A stretch of DNA of 48,358 bases, counting the filler, from Streblomastix strix (taxonomy: Eukaryota): NCBI GenBank assembly GCA_008636045.1. It is 2 parts of 2 records of this genome, joined end to end, with 100 filler letters (N's around TTAATTAATTAA, not from the genome) between each part and the next. Parts side by side here need not be neighbours in the genome. Positions count along the whole stretch, not along the records: positions 1 to 24,133 come from SNRW01000247.1; positions 24,234 to 48,358 come from SNRW01000248.1. The stretch is one strand, 5' to 3'. A program made the position numbers and the translations under genes. Under the pieces are notes generated by a model. The model was not told where the DNA came from and made no database searches. It saw only the letters and a program-made list of their open reading frames with translations. Below, piece after piece: positions 13,870 to 25,943 of this stretch (its first letter is position 1; each line of letters opens with the position of its first letter).

Positions 13870-14433
13870 TCATATCATCATATAAATTATTTTCATTCAT
13901 TTATTTATTATGAATATCAAAAAGGATTTACGTGTATTGGGAAGACCAATAGAGAAAGTAGTTATTATTGACAATTCACCCCAGGCTTTTGGATTTCATG
14001 TATGCATTAGTTATTTATTTATTATATTAATAATTATAATCCTATTATATTATATTAAATTATATTATATATATATAAGTTGGATAATGGAATTCAGATA
14101 GTCCCATTCTTCTAAGATCAGAATGATAGATGGCTTCTAAGATTGCTTCCTTTCCTAAGAGCTATTGCACATGCTCCAGATGTACGTAAATGTCTTGAGC
14201 GAGCTTTTAATTTGAATATCTTCGTTAATTGGTTCAGAAAGAATGCGGAACATGTTTTGTAATTGCTTGAGTAAAGAAGAAGAGGAATAGGGTAGATGAA
14301 GAGAGGTAAATAAACAAAAGCAATTTAATATTCAAGCTCTTAAAATGTCACTACAATAGCCCAGGACGATAATTTTGACTTGGATGATACTCTTGGAATA
14401 GATTTTGCACAAAGCCTTGAGCCAACACTTTGA
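10456..14433 (+). CDS. FCP1/SCP-family (NIF domain) CTD small phosphatase-like protein, CTDSPL2-like, with long disordered N-terminus (3 introns in the catalytic domain)
   Basis: Catalytic motif PTLVLDLDETLVHC (~13390-13430), VRFRP..RKFL, YEV|VIFTASQGTYANAVIDLMDP, HRLFREAC..YFK|DLRVLGRPIEKVVIIDNSPQAFGFH|LDNGI...LLPFL...DVR; TGA at 14431-14433. Confidence 0.93.
12244..12330 (+). repeat. (AAT)n microsatellite encoding poly-Asn in the phosphatase
   Basis: In frame with ATG 10456: GAT AAT AAT AAT... Confidence 0.9.
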
Positions 14434-14982
14434 TAGTACAAGAGTTATTCAAAGAATTGTAATTATTCTATAAATATATATTTCATAAAGTAAAGCCGCG
14501 AAACTTGCATTTTTTTATATTGGGAAAATTGCAAATCAACGTTTTTACTTGTGACTTCATTATTACAAAAAAAGCAAGTAATTTAATATTTAAATCTTCC
14601 TTCAGTTGATCTTTTCCTATATAATCTAATCCTATATAATGTTTCACTTTCCCAACATCTTAAATTTTAGTTTAAATTCACAATCCCTAGGGTTCCTCTT
14701 CACTAACTACGTGAATTTGCATATTTATTTTTAATTCAAATATTTAAACGTAAATAATTCAATTTATCAATTGATTTAAAATTCATATAAATCGCTACAA
14801 CAAGTTTCACTTTTTTCTTAATTAAATTCTTGAATTCTTATATATTTGTGTGTTCTTTTACACTATATTAACTATAAATAAACTAAAATATTATTAATAC
14901 GTCAAAATTCAAAATAAATTTTAATTTTACTTATTTAATAGATTAAAATTTCATTTATAACTTTTTTTATCAGAAATAATAG

Positions 14983-17900
14983 ATGAAAGCAACCAAGGGT
15001 GAGGAGGCACTTCAGCTTGAACATGTCATAGGTGGCCGACGAATTCTTTATGGTCATCCTTCACAATATAATTTGATTGTACATGCTGTAGGATCTGTTT
15101 GTGTTATTTCTGATCTCAAAGATCCGTTTGTCTTTGTTTTTTTCTAACAATTGAAAATGAGAATTAAATATCAATTTTTGTGTTTTAGTAACAAACAGAC
15201 TTATCTTCGGAAGCACTCTGAATTTATCACAAGTATAGCTGTGTCAGAGAACTTCATAGCAACGGGGTAAGTTGGAAATCGTGGTGAAAGATATCCATCA
15301 GCTCCTGTATGTGTCTGGAATATAAAGAATCACCAATTATAGTATTTATTTGAGAAACATATAACTGGAGTCACATCATTATGTTTCTCACCTGATGAGC
15401 ACTTCCTTGTTTCTGGTGGAGATGATTCACATGTTTGTATCTGGGATTTGAAGACTGGGAAGATTCTTTCATATTTCAAAGCTAATCATCCAGTTACAGC
15501 TGGTTTATAATTAATATTTATTCATTATTATTAATATTATCTTTTTTATATTATAATCAATATCATAATTCCCAAGTTGCTATATAAGTAATATAAGCAG
15601 GTAATACATAACCATTATAAGTTGGACGTGGAATGGCAACCTTCTCAAAAGGAACATTTCCAACATATCGTCTGTTTGCAGCGAGTGGAGATAAATTCCA
15701 ATGCATGGATGTAGCATTTGATGTTTCATCTTAATCATATATGCTTGGTAAGTCAGAAAGTGCAGGAATGCCATCATTAGGATTCTACAGAGGATATCCA
15801 GCATGTTCAGTAATAGGAGATGAAATATTCTCAGGTACAGATTCAGGTGAGATTGTAGTATATAGTATAGCTCATAAGGTATATAGAATGCATAAGAGAG
15901 TATGTAGTGGAGCTGTTCTATCATTTGCTGGAGGGAAGATGACTCCAGATTAATTTGAGGTTGTTGTTGGAGGTAATCATGGAGCTCTTGTTTTTGTAGA
16001 AGGAAGGGATACAAATTATTTAATTAAAGATGCTATTGATCTTCCATGTGAAGGAGATGTTACTTGTATTTCTAAATCAGAGAATGAATCTTTCTTAGTT
16101 TAAACATCAAAGGGAATATTATACAGAGTTGCAAGATCACCTGAACATAAAGGAGCATATGTACCCAAAGTTATTTTATCTTCTTCTCCTTTACTCATTC
16201 ATTCTATTTCTACTCATCCAACTGATAAGTTTGTATATTTATATATTTATATATTTATATAATTATATAATTATATCTGTTCTATCTTTCTTTATTAATG
16301 TTATATTCATATATATATTATATATATAATTATATCTATTCTATCTTTCTTTATTAATGTTATATTCATATATATATTATAGAGAGATATTCTCATGTGC
16401 AACATCTACACATTCATCCATATGGGATCTTAATTCATATTAAATGTTGGCTAACTTCCCTGCAACTGGAAATTCAGAAGTTACAGCATTGAAGATGGGA
16501 ATTGTTCCTTTTAGATAAGGAAAAGAAGGTGGAGGGTATGTTTATATATTATTATATGTATTATTATATAATTAATTAAATGTCTATCTATTAATTTCAT
16601 ACTATTGTAAGATCTGGAGGTGTATTAGTTTAGACCGAAGCTGTATTGACTGGTCATAAAGATGGAAATGTTGTTGTATTAGATGCATCAAAAGGAGAAG
16701 TATTATGGAAGAGTATGCAATATCATTATTATATATTATTATATATTATATATATTATATATATATTATATATCAATAGTTAATGCTCATAGAGGTGCAA
16801 CTACAGCCATAGATGCAGGATAAGGTCTTGTTATTACAGGAGGAGAAGATGGAGTAGTTCGATGTTGGTCTGGAAGAACTCAGGTATTAATTTAATATGA
16901 TGAATATAATATAATGAATATAATATAATGATTATATATTAATATTATTATATTCAGGAAAATCTATCTGAATTCAGAGAACATAATAAACCTGTATCAA
17001 CTGTATGATAAATTATTATTTATTTATTTTCTTTATTTATTTTCTATATTTCTCTTATTATGATATGCTTAGGTACTTATTGACAATACTAACAGCAGAT
17101 TAGCTCACAGTTGTAGTATAGATAAAACAGTTGCCACTTACGATTTACAGGTTTATTATTTAATAATTGAAAATATCAAAATGATTTAATTAATTCAATT
17201 ATTATTATCTTATAGGAAGAAAAGAAAGTTAGTGCACACATATCTTACAATGAATTATTCAAGTATTATTTTATATAGAAATATAGAATTCTAATAGAAT
17301 AATAATAATAATGAATAATATAATAATGAATAATATAATATAATAATGAATAATATAATATAATATAATATATATTCCTATATAATAGATCAATGACACA
17401 ACGACCAGATGGAGAGAAGGAATTAATAACTGGCTCATCAACTGGATAAATATCTGTATGGGATTATGATGCTCCAGATGCTGTATTTACATTTAGTACT
17501 GGTATGTAAATATATAATAATATAATTGAGAAAGAGAATTAGAGTAATTTGGAAGAAAATAATTTCATACGAATTCATTAAGGATATTTTGATTAATTTT
17601 TTTGATTATATATTTATATAGGGGTTCCAATCAATTCAGTTGCAATTTCACCATCAGGAAAGTTTGAAGATACATTTCTTTTTTATATTAATTATATTAT
17701 ATTATATTAATAGATATCTTGCAGCTGCAACTGAAAACGGAGATGCTAATGTATATGGTATTATAAACATTATTTCAATTCATTTATTATTCAATTATCT
17801 TATGTCAAATTTAATATCTGCATCATTTTAGATCTTCGTAATTTCAAGATAGTACTTCCACCAGCATCTGTGCTACGTGCAATTAGATCTGCACCTAAAC

Positions 17901-18119
17901 CTACCCTTGCTCCACCCATACTAACTCCATCATTTACATCAGGAGGTTGAAGAAAGAATGAATTTATCAATGGAAAATATTTATTTAATTATTTTTTATG
18001 TTAATTCAGGTCTGGGTCATTCAGCGCCAGCACGTGCAATTGTCTGGTCGTAGGATGAGAAACAAATCATCTCAGTTGGTGAGGATTGCGGGATATTCAT
18101 TTGGAACTTCTATGCCTGA
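14983..18119 (+). CDS. CFAP52/WDR16-like WD40 protein (multi-exon)
   Basis: LQLEHVIG...HPSQYNLIVHAVGSVCVI...QTYLRKHSEFITSIAVSENFIATGQV, FSPDEHFLVSGGDD, ITGGEDGVVRCW, C-terminal GHSAPARAIVWSQDEKQIISVGEDCGIFIWNFYA*. More than 10 short AT-rich introns. Confidence 0.82.
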
Positions 18120-18578
18120 AAACACAGCACCACTTTCACATATATTTCACTTTACATTTTATTTAAATTTTCATAATATAATTTTAATATATAAAATAAT
18201 GTAAAATAACATTTTTCTCATTTTGGTACATTTCATTCATCAACAATTTACTTGCTGCTTCCAAAGTATTGTAAAAGATCAAAAATATTTATTCATTTAA
18301 TTTTCTTCTTTATCCCATTTAATATTATAATCAACACTTATTATGATTTTACTGCCTTGGAAAATGATCATTTGCTTAAATATCCAATATAATTCTAACG
18401 ATCTGTATAAATTATCAATTTATATAGCTTGTATAGCATTTAAGCATATATATAAGTTCAATCAACTACTCTATTTCCCTTTTAAAATTCCCATTGCTCT
18501 ATATAAAGCCCGCAAATATTTTCTTGATAAAAACGAGGGAAACAGAAAATTTGATATATTTCTTTCTTTTAGATTATT

Positions 18579-21500
18579 ATGGGTAACGTTTCAGATAAAG
18601 AGAAAGGATAAGTTACTGTACAAGTAGATGGAAATTATTTCAATATCATCGCATCAGAGACAGGTTAACCTATAAAGTCCTTAGGAAACACCTTAAAGAG
18701 TTTCACAATCGCTCTTTATGAACTTTTAATGAATGGGAAATGTATGTTGATTTATTTTGTTTTTGTTTTTACTATTTTTTTATAATCTATTTTAATTTTT
18801 TATTCTATATTTTCTTTAAATAGAAGAAAAACCAATTCTTTTTTTTATAAAAAGTTATGGACGAGCGTAGAATCTTCTACTTGGATCTGATGGAGAAAAG
18901 ATTAAACCAGCCTTGGATGTGATTCTTAATATATCAATTCAACATCTTCTTGGAATAGTTGGTTCTGCTAATGGAATTAAAGATCTGTTCAATTTCATGT
19001 CCGAATCTGAAGAAAACCTTATTTCTTCAAGTCAATTCATCCACGCGCTTTTTAATAAATCAAAGAAGAATGAAAGAGAATATAATAATATAAATATTAT
19101 TAATACAATTTTTGGAGAATTGATAAGATACACTTCAAATTCAATTGTTGGGAAATAAATCCCAAAGGATCCTAAAAATGAAATTGATATGTTTAATGTG
19201 ATATTTTAAAACAAACATCTTCTAGAAATTGTATGAAATCATGAATACATTAATTATTTTTATTATTCATTTCTGTCATCATAATAATTGTATATAATTC
19301 TCCATCTCATTGTATTAATTTATTTTTCTGTTAAAGGCATCAAATTGGACTTCATTCTTTTACCCTCCTCTTATTGCTACTTCAAATGTTAATGGAAATA
19401 AATAAATAATTTCCCTGACTCCAAAAGTATACAATTTATTATATATTATATATTATATATTTATCATCATTAAATATATTCATTTCTTAGGATTGCATGT
19501 CTCTTCCAAGTCGTTCTATATCTGTTCTTACATCTTTATTAAGCATAACAATTGCACCTCCTGAGAATAGAGAGTATTATTTAAAGGCATTTGGAGGTTG
19601 AATACGAATTATTATTATTATATTAAATAGATTAATTTTATAATTCTTATATTTATTATTATTAAGATAACCTTAATCATGATCTAATAAAATAACTGTA
19701 GCAAATTATATTGAAATCAGAAATTAAAAGTTGGGTTATAATTTCTTAGTATCTGTTTCGAGTTCTTGCTCGAAGGAGATTAGCTGCAGGTGAAATAAAT
19801 AATAACATTTAATTAATAGAAATAAAATATTATTATTCACATTATCAATACTTTATTTAATATCATATTTTTATATTTGTTAATCTATATTTTGTTAATG
19901 TATGTGAAGCATAATTTTTTGGTTTCGTATTTTCCTGCAACGGTACTGCTGAATCATAATTGAAGAATATGGAAAAGACATTTCAATCAGTTGGACTTGA
20001 AAGGCATATGAAAGGAAGATAAGGTTATTAATACATTTATGAGAATATTATTTGTTTATTACATAATATATTATTTTATTATTTATTATTTGTTAGAATT
20101 ATACCACTTTATTGATCATGATGAGGATTAATCTCGTGATTTTGATAGTAATGAACTTAATTAGAAAGCAAAAGAAGAATATGATGTAAGAAAATTATTA
20201 TTAATTTAGAATATAATTTATATAAATTATTTAATCATACTCAATATTAGTTTATTATTTATATCTTACTTATGAATTTATATATTAGGCTATAATTAAA
20301 TAATATCAAGACATATCAGCTCCAAGTACAGAATCTAATCCTGCTTTCACATTCTAACCAACCAATAAATAAAGTTTGTTCATTTAATATATATCATATA
20401 TATTTCATTTTCTCTTCAATTATTTGTATTACAATTTTGTTTAATAACAGCACAATAATCAATTATATATTCAATCTAAGCAGATAGAAAAGGAATATTT
20501 ATCTATGATGTTCCTTAAATGTCTTTCTCCTAAAAGGTAAGTATAATGATAATTAATGAATATATTCTATTTATCAAATATCTATTTACTTTTCAATTAT
20601 TATTTGATCTATTATAATATATAAGGCCAATCTATCTAAGTATATGATATATATGTGCTTAACTGAAATGATGGAATTAAAAAGAAGGGAAGAGAAGGTT
20701 GACAAAGAAAGGAAATAAAATTAATTGAAAAATGAATTAAAATAAGAAATGAATAAAGAATTGAAGAATTAAAATGAGAAAAAAGAATTGAAGAATGAAA
20801 AAGAGAAAGATAATAGCGATGATGAGAAGAAGAAGGATGAAGATGAAAATATTGAAAATAAAGTTTGTTATTTTTTTTTAATATTTGTTCTACAATTCAC
20901 ATTTAATCCATCCATAATATTAAATCTAAATACAAATATTTTATTCATCAGTATAAATACCCACCTCAATACCCAGATGAACTCACTCATCTTGGATCAT
21001 ATGAAGATGAAGATGTTAATTAATTAAAAGAGAAACAACAAATAAAAGAAGAAATTGGTGGAATAAAGAAGAAGTTTGAAAATAAAGAATATTTCATAGA
21101 ATATTCTAATTCACATTATTCTATTTTACTATTCCCCATATTTTTCAGTTAATATGCAAGATTTTATGATGTATATGATTTCACATATCCTTTATTTGGG
21201 AGATATTCTAATAATCCAAAGTAAGTAATTGAAGACATCAAAGAGAAATAAGGAATTAAATAAAAGAATGAAGAATAAAAAGACGAAAAAGAGAAAGTGA
21301 AAGATTTGGAGAAGGAATATGAATTGAAATAATAGTAATAATATGTAATTGATGAAAAGGGATTTGATAAGATAAAAGGAGTATTTGTTCCTCCATTAAG
21401 TATTGTTATAACACTTATAATAAAAAATAATAATTAATTATATATATTTAATTTTTTTATTTTTAATTTATATTATTTATTTACTTATAATTATTTATTC

Positions 21501-24133
21501 TGAATTTAGATGGAGAATATACATTCAGTACAGAAATATTGTATCTCACTTTATAAACAATTCATTCTTGTTTCATTCCCTGTTTGAGGAGATTATTCAA
21601 AGAAGATAATAGGTATATTATTATTTATTACTTTATATTATTATTTTTATATATTTTCCATTTATTTTATAATTTAGAATCAACACTTTATATCGTGAAG
21701 TAATAAATGAAGATAGTATAGAGAAAAAGAAAAAACATCCATTATATGATTAATACATAAAAATGAAATCAACAGAACAAGCATTTCAAAATATTATTAT
21801 CAATTCCAACCTATTTAGAGATGTAATTATATTATATGATACATTATCTTTCTTCTTTCTGAGAATATTGGGTATAGAAGATGGAGATAAAGAATTGACA
21901 TAAGAAGAAGATGAAGGATTGATTAAATAGGAATAATTAAGAAAGAAAGAAGAATAAGAAGATAATAAAGGAATGAATAAATAAAGAAAATTAAGTCAAC
22001 CATCAAAAGTATAAATAAGATCTTAAACCCCACCTCCTTTGTTTCGTAGATCTCCAAATCCAGATTAATTATCTCTTCTACCCACATCTCCTATTTAATA
22101 ATAACCTTCTACTTAAGTTCCATTACCACCTTCTTAATAATAATCTTAATCACAGACAAAATAATTAATTAATTCTAAATCTAAATCTCCAAATTCAGCT
22201 TCTCCTTAATTATTATATCCATCTCCGCTATCTATGATTGCTATATAACCAGATTGGCTTATTGATGATATTGGAAACATATGTAAGTTTATGGGAAGAG
22301 CAGGAGGCACAATTGAATATCTCAAGTTCATTCCTAATTTCTTATAATTTTTGGCTTATTTAATAAAGAGAAAAGAAATAGTGAAAAATAAGCATTCATT
22401 ATTTAGGATGGCCAAACTTATTTTTAGAATAATTGTAACAGGAACTTCATTTGATTCAAAAAGTAAGGATGATGATAATAATGATGTTAACTTTAATGTA
22501 GACAAACTCAACAATGATGAATTTAAGTTTGAATAGTTTTTATAGAAGAATAAATAGCTTGTTACTATTATACCAGCTACCCTTCTTATAGTGATTGAGG
22601 TATAAAACTGAAGATATTAATTAATTATTTATTTATTTATTGTGCATATTCTTATTATTTTATCTTATATATATTAATATTATATAGAATATTTAATATA
22701 TGTGCAAACCTGATACTACTAATTCAACGCATATCCAACACAGATTTTTAATTGGTAAAGCATTATTATCATTGTAGTGGAATTATGAACTGAAGGAGAA
22801 TTTAAAGTTTGGATTAATAACAATTAAAAAATAAATTAATTAAAAAATAAACGAACAAATATTATAAAAATAAACTTACTTTGTCATTTTCATATTTAAT
22901 ATTTAATATAAAGATATTTTTTGATGAAGACTCACAGAGGAAAGGCATTAGTATAAACTATTATTGCAAGGTATGTTACATTAATTATTATTAATGTTAT
23001 TGTAATTATCAATGAATTTTATTATTTTCTAATTCTTGCTTTAAGATTTGCTCTTGATGTAGATTTCTGTTTAAAAATTGTTTTTGATGCACTTACTAGA
23101 CTTAAAGGTATCTTAATAAACATGCTTTAGTTTCATTTTCATTTTTATTATTTATTTAAATATTAATTAATTAAATAATAGAATTTGAAAGTGATTTTTT
23201 GATGCTAATTCTTGGCTCATAACACATAGCACGGTTAGTTGGATCAGTTAGAGGACATGTTTCAATTGTTATGCAATCCCTTCGCATTATATTATTTCTC
23301 CTTAAGAATCATGATTTATAGGTTAATATATAAATATTATTAGTACAATATGTATTTCCTTTGTTTTCTTAATTCTTTCCATTATTTTTATTATTATTAT
23401 TATAGATTCTTCTTTTTGATAAGTTATCACCTGTTATGCATATATTTAATAGAATAGTAGAATAATTGGTTGATGAATAATAATTATAGAAAAGTGCAAC
23501 TAAATATATAGAAGAATCAAATTGGGTATTTATTCTTTTTATTATTAAATGAATAAAGAAGTGAAATTAATTAAATGAATTTTAGATATTATTGTTCAAT
23601 TTTAATTTAATGTAATAATTTTTTTAGTCTCCAATTTCAATTTTGAAGCTTGTTTCTGAGATTGTAATACTTCTTGCTAATAATTAAAGCTTCTGTTTAT
23701 CATAAGTTGCAAATACAGGGACATATATGTATCATTATTATTATAAGAATACTAAAGAGTTTTTATTATTGAATATATTATATATTAATTTAATTTAATA
23801 AATATGTATTTAATGTAATATAATAGAGATGAGTAAGGAGAAATAAAGAAATTGGACAGCATCATGGCCAACAACTTTGGGAGCTTCAAAGAAGACAAAT
23901 ATGAGAAAATGGGATAAATGATACAAATGAATCCAGATTTTATATTTGATTTGAAAGAAGAGAAGGAAATGAAGAAGAGAAGCAGAAGGATAAGAATAAG
24001 AAGAGGAAAGTGTAAATAATTAATAAAGATTAATTATATTATATTATTAAATGAATTATTTATTATTATATTAATATTAAATAATACATATATGGATAAT
24101 TTTATTATTTTACATTTTCTTTCTTTATTATAT
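18579..24133 (+). CDS. Divergent Ufd2/UBE4-like ubiquitin conjugation factor, intron-rich, 3' end (U-box) lost at the assembly gap
   Basis: Exons give YTFSTEILYLTLQTIH, IAIQPDWLIDDI...EIVKNKHSLFRMAKLI, ARFALDVDFCL..FDAL, PISILKLVSEIVILL. These echo Ufd2 core motifs (NFISECFFLT, LPEYFVED, IKNPYLRAKLV, FVNLL.ND...LDE). No U-box is seen before the gap, and the 3' boundary is uncertain. Confidence 0.55.
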
Positions 24134-24233
24134 NNNNNNNNNNNNNNNNNNNNNNNNNNNNNNNNNNNNNNNNNNNNTTAATTAATTAANNNNNNNNNNN
24201 NNNNNNNNNNNNNNNNNNNNNNNNNNNNNNNNN
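24134..24233. other. Assembly gap with artificial linker (44 N + TTAATTAATTAA + 44 N)
   Basis: Symmetric 100-nt N block with a six-frame-stop linker. Adjacency of the two flanks is not guaranteed. Confidence 0.95.
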
Positions 24234-24844
24234 CAGTATCGTCAGCGCCAGATTTAACAAATGATGAGCCTGTAATGGTTCCCATTCCATCGATAGAACT
24301 GACGAATCTACAAGCATTATTGAATGTCTTATTTGCTGTTATTGTCTATGAAGTGCCTAAGGTCATATAACCACTTAAATCAACATCACCAACTTCAATT
24401 TATGATATCAAATAATCAGTTTCTGTTTTGGTATAAGTTGTTGATTGATTTGCTTTCAACAACAACAGAGCATCATCTTCTCCTTTAGTATATGAAACTC
24501 CTGAATAAGCTTTATTATTTAAAAGATTATTGGTTTCGCCTTTAGTGTATGCATCAATCAATTAAGTTTTATCAGCCTTCAACAACAGCAAAGCGTCATC
24601 CTCTCCCTTTGTGTATGAATCAATCAATTATGTTTTATCAGCCTTCAATAACAGCAGAGCATCATCCTCTCCGTTTGTATATGAAACTCCTGAATTTGCT
24701 TTATTATTGAGCAGATTGTTAGTTTCGCCTTTTTTATATGAATCAATCAATTATATTTTATCAGCTTTCAACAACAACAACGCATCATCTTCTCCTTTTG
24801 TGTATGAAACTCCTGAATCAGCATTATTATTTAAAAGATCATTA

Positions 24845-25943
24845 AGGCTATAAATCGCCTATTTGACTTATGATCGCCTATTTGACTATTATATTTCAAT
24901 CATAAATTTATTAAATTATTGAATACATAGTTGTTTAGTATATCATTTGATAGAGGAGGGAAAATGGAAGATATTTATATATTATTAGTTTAAAAATAAT
25001 GGAAAAAATTTTTTTTAAATTTTATTAAATTTGAAAAAAAGTTAACTTTATTTCAATTTAAAATTCACTTTATTTTTATGGATTTTTTAATTTTGAATTA
25101 AATTTAAATTTATTTATAATTATTATATAATACCAAAAGCTAGCAAGGATTATCAAATTAATCAATTGCAAATTAATAAACAAATTTAAAAAATTATTTT
25201 AATGTTAAAATTTAATTTAAAATAAAAATAATTTTTTAAATTTTTTTATTAATTTGCAATTGATTAATTTGATAATCCTTGCTAGCTTTTGGTATTATAT
25301 AATAATTATAAATAAATTTAAATTTAATTCAAAATCAAAAAATCCATAAAAATAAAATGAATTTTAAATTGAAATAAAGTTAACATTTTTTCAAATTTAG
25401 GGTTGTTGGTGAAATCAAAACCGTGTGGTGAAATCAAAACCTTACTTTTTAATAATTCAAAAAATTTATATTTTCATAAATTGCAAATAAATTTAAATAT
25501 TATATAGAATATGCAGCAAATTAATTATTATTATACAATTTTATAAATAAAATCCTTGAAAATAAAAATTTCAATTTTTTTCAAATTTTTTTAGAAAAAC
25601 ACTGGATTGTGAACCAACAAATATCTTTCATAACTTTACCAACATATATTTCAAAAGTATACTTCAAAATACATATAAATTTTGATATAAATTTTAAAAT
25701 ATATAGAAATCAAAAAGTGCAGTTTTGACTTCACCACAGGTTTTGGTTTCACCAACAACCCTAATAAAATTTAAAAAATTTTTTACCATTATTTTTAAAC
25801 TAATAATATATAAATATCTTCCATTTTTCCTCCTCTATCAAATGATATACTAAACAACTATGTATTCAATAATTTAATAAATTTATGATTGAAATATAAT
25901 AGTCAAATAGGCGATCATAAGTCAAGTAGGCGATTTATAGCCT
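24845..25943. mobile_element. Non-autonomous palindromic (foldback) DNA transposon/MITE, TA target duplication
   Basis: Ends aggctataaatcgcct...aggcgatttatagcct, flanked by TA (24843-44, 25944-45). Arms are inverse-complementary up to a centre near 25200-25225, and the empty site matches neighbouring repeat units. Confidence 0.93.
25400..25761. mobile_element. 362-bp MITE nested in the right arm of the palindromic element, TA target duplication
   Basis: TIRs gggttgttggtgaaatcaaaaccgtgtggtgaaatcaaaac / gttttgacttcaccacaggttttggtttcaccaacaaccc. TA at 25398-99 and 25762-63; removing the element restores the complement of the left arm (caaatttaataaaattt). Confidence 0.92.

Noticed and set aside
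16262..16381. ~55-nt tandem duplication in a CFAP52-like intron
   Set aside because: Ordinary intronic slippage with no evidence of function.
24178..24189. TTAATTAATTAA palindrome within the Ns
   Set aside because: Artificial scaffolding linker. For the same reason I do not claim that the viral element inserted into the Ufd2-like gene.
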